Positions 63,961 through 64,000 of a DNA stretch of 64,000 nt are shown piece after piece. Below the pieces are notes generated by a model. It saw only the letters and a program-made list of their open reading frames with translations, ran no database searches and was not told the DNA's origin. Each line of letters begins with the position of its first letter. Position 1 is the first letter of the stretch. The DNA comes from Calcarisporiella thermophila CBS 279.70 (Eukaryota > Fungi > Calcarisporiellomycota), in the NCBI RefSeq assembly GCF_041956535.1, contig NW_027192194.1, positions 752,009 to 816,008 on the forward strand. The letters are read 5' to 3'. The translations under genes and the position numbers were made by a program.

Positions 63961-64000
63961 TAAGGCTCATTCGTATTTTTGCATAGCTACAAGTATACCT

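Overview
Intron-rich fungal genomic DNA with mostly 50-120 nt GT-AG introns. Gene content looks like an early-diverging lineage (Zoopagomycota/Mucoromycota-type); that placement is inference only. About 24 protein genes were reconstructed by manual splicing: a Zn2Cys6 TF, MARVEL-like, CsbD-like, F-box/LRR, Cys-rich single-pass and TBC proteins, a Bem3-like RhoGAP, three CE4 chitin deacetylases, an MFS/ACS permease, PEX14, PKA catalytic and regulatory subunits, a LaeA-like methyltransferase, THP3/LENG8, STE11, a CDK20/CAK-like kinase, NPR2 and a partial secreted protein. Standout: an AT-rich accessory block (about 22.9-34.8 kb) holds a tandem array of 7TM GPCR-like genes. One copy is an intact 7-exon, 704-aa fusion of a cAMP-receptor/Git3-like GPCR to a cytoplasmic LaeA-like SAM methyltransferase. 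One copy is receptor-only, and one is a fusion pseudogene. A decayed Tc1 (DD34E) transposon carrying a nested CACTA/CMC-type element interrupts the array. A standalone relative of the methyltransferase shares three intron positions and an upstream motif with the fusion, and sits between divergently oriented PKA-C and PKA-R genes. Other notable observations: a probable CUG start codon for THP3, a 51-aa microprotein with PKA-site and LxxIxE motifs, and a TBC protein lacking both catalytic fingers. No database search was possible, so novelty statements are unverified.
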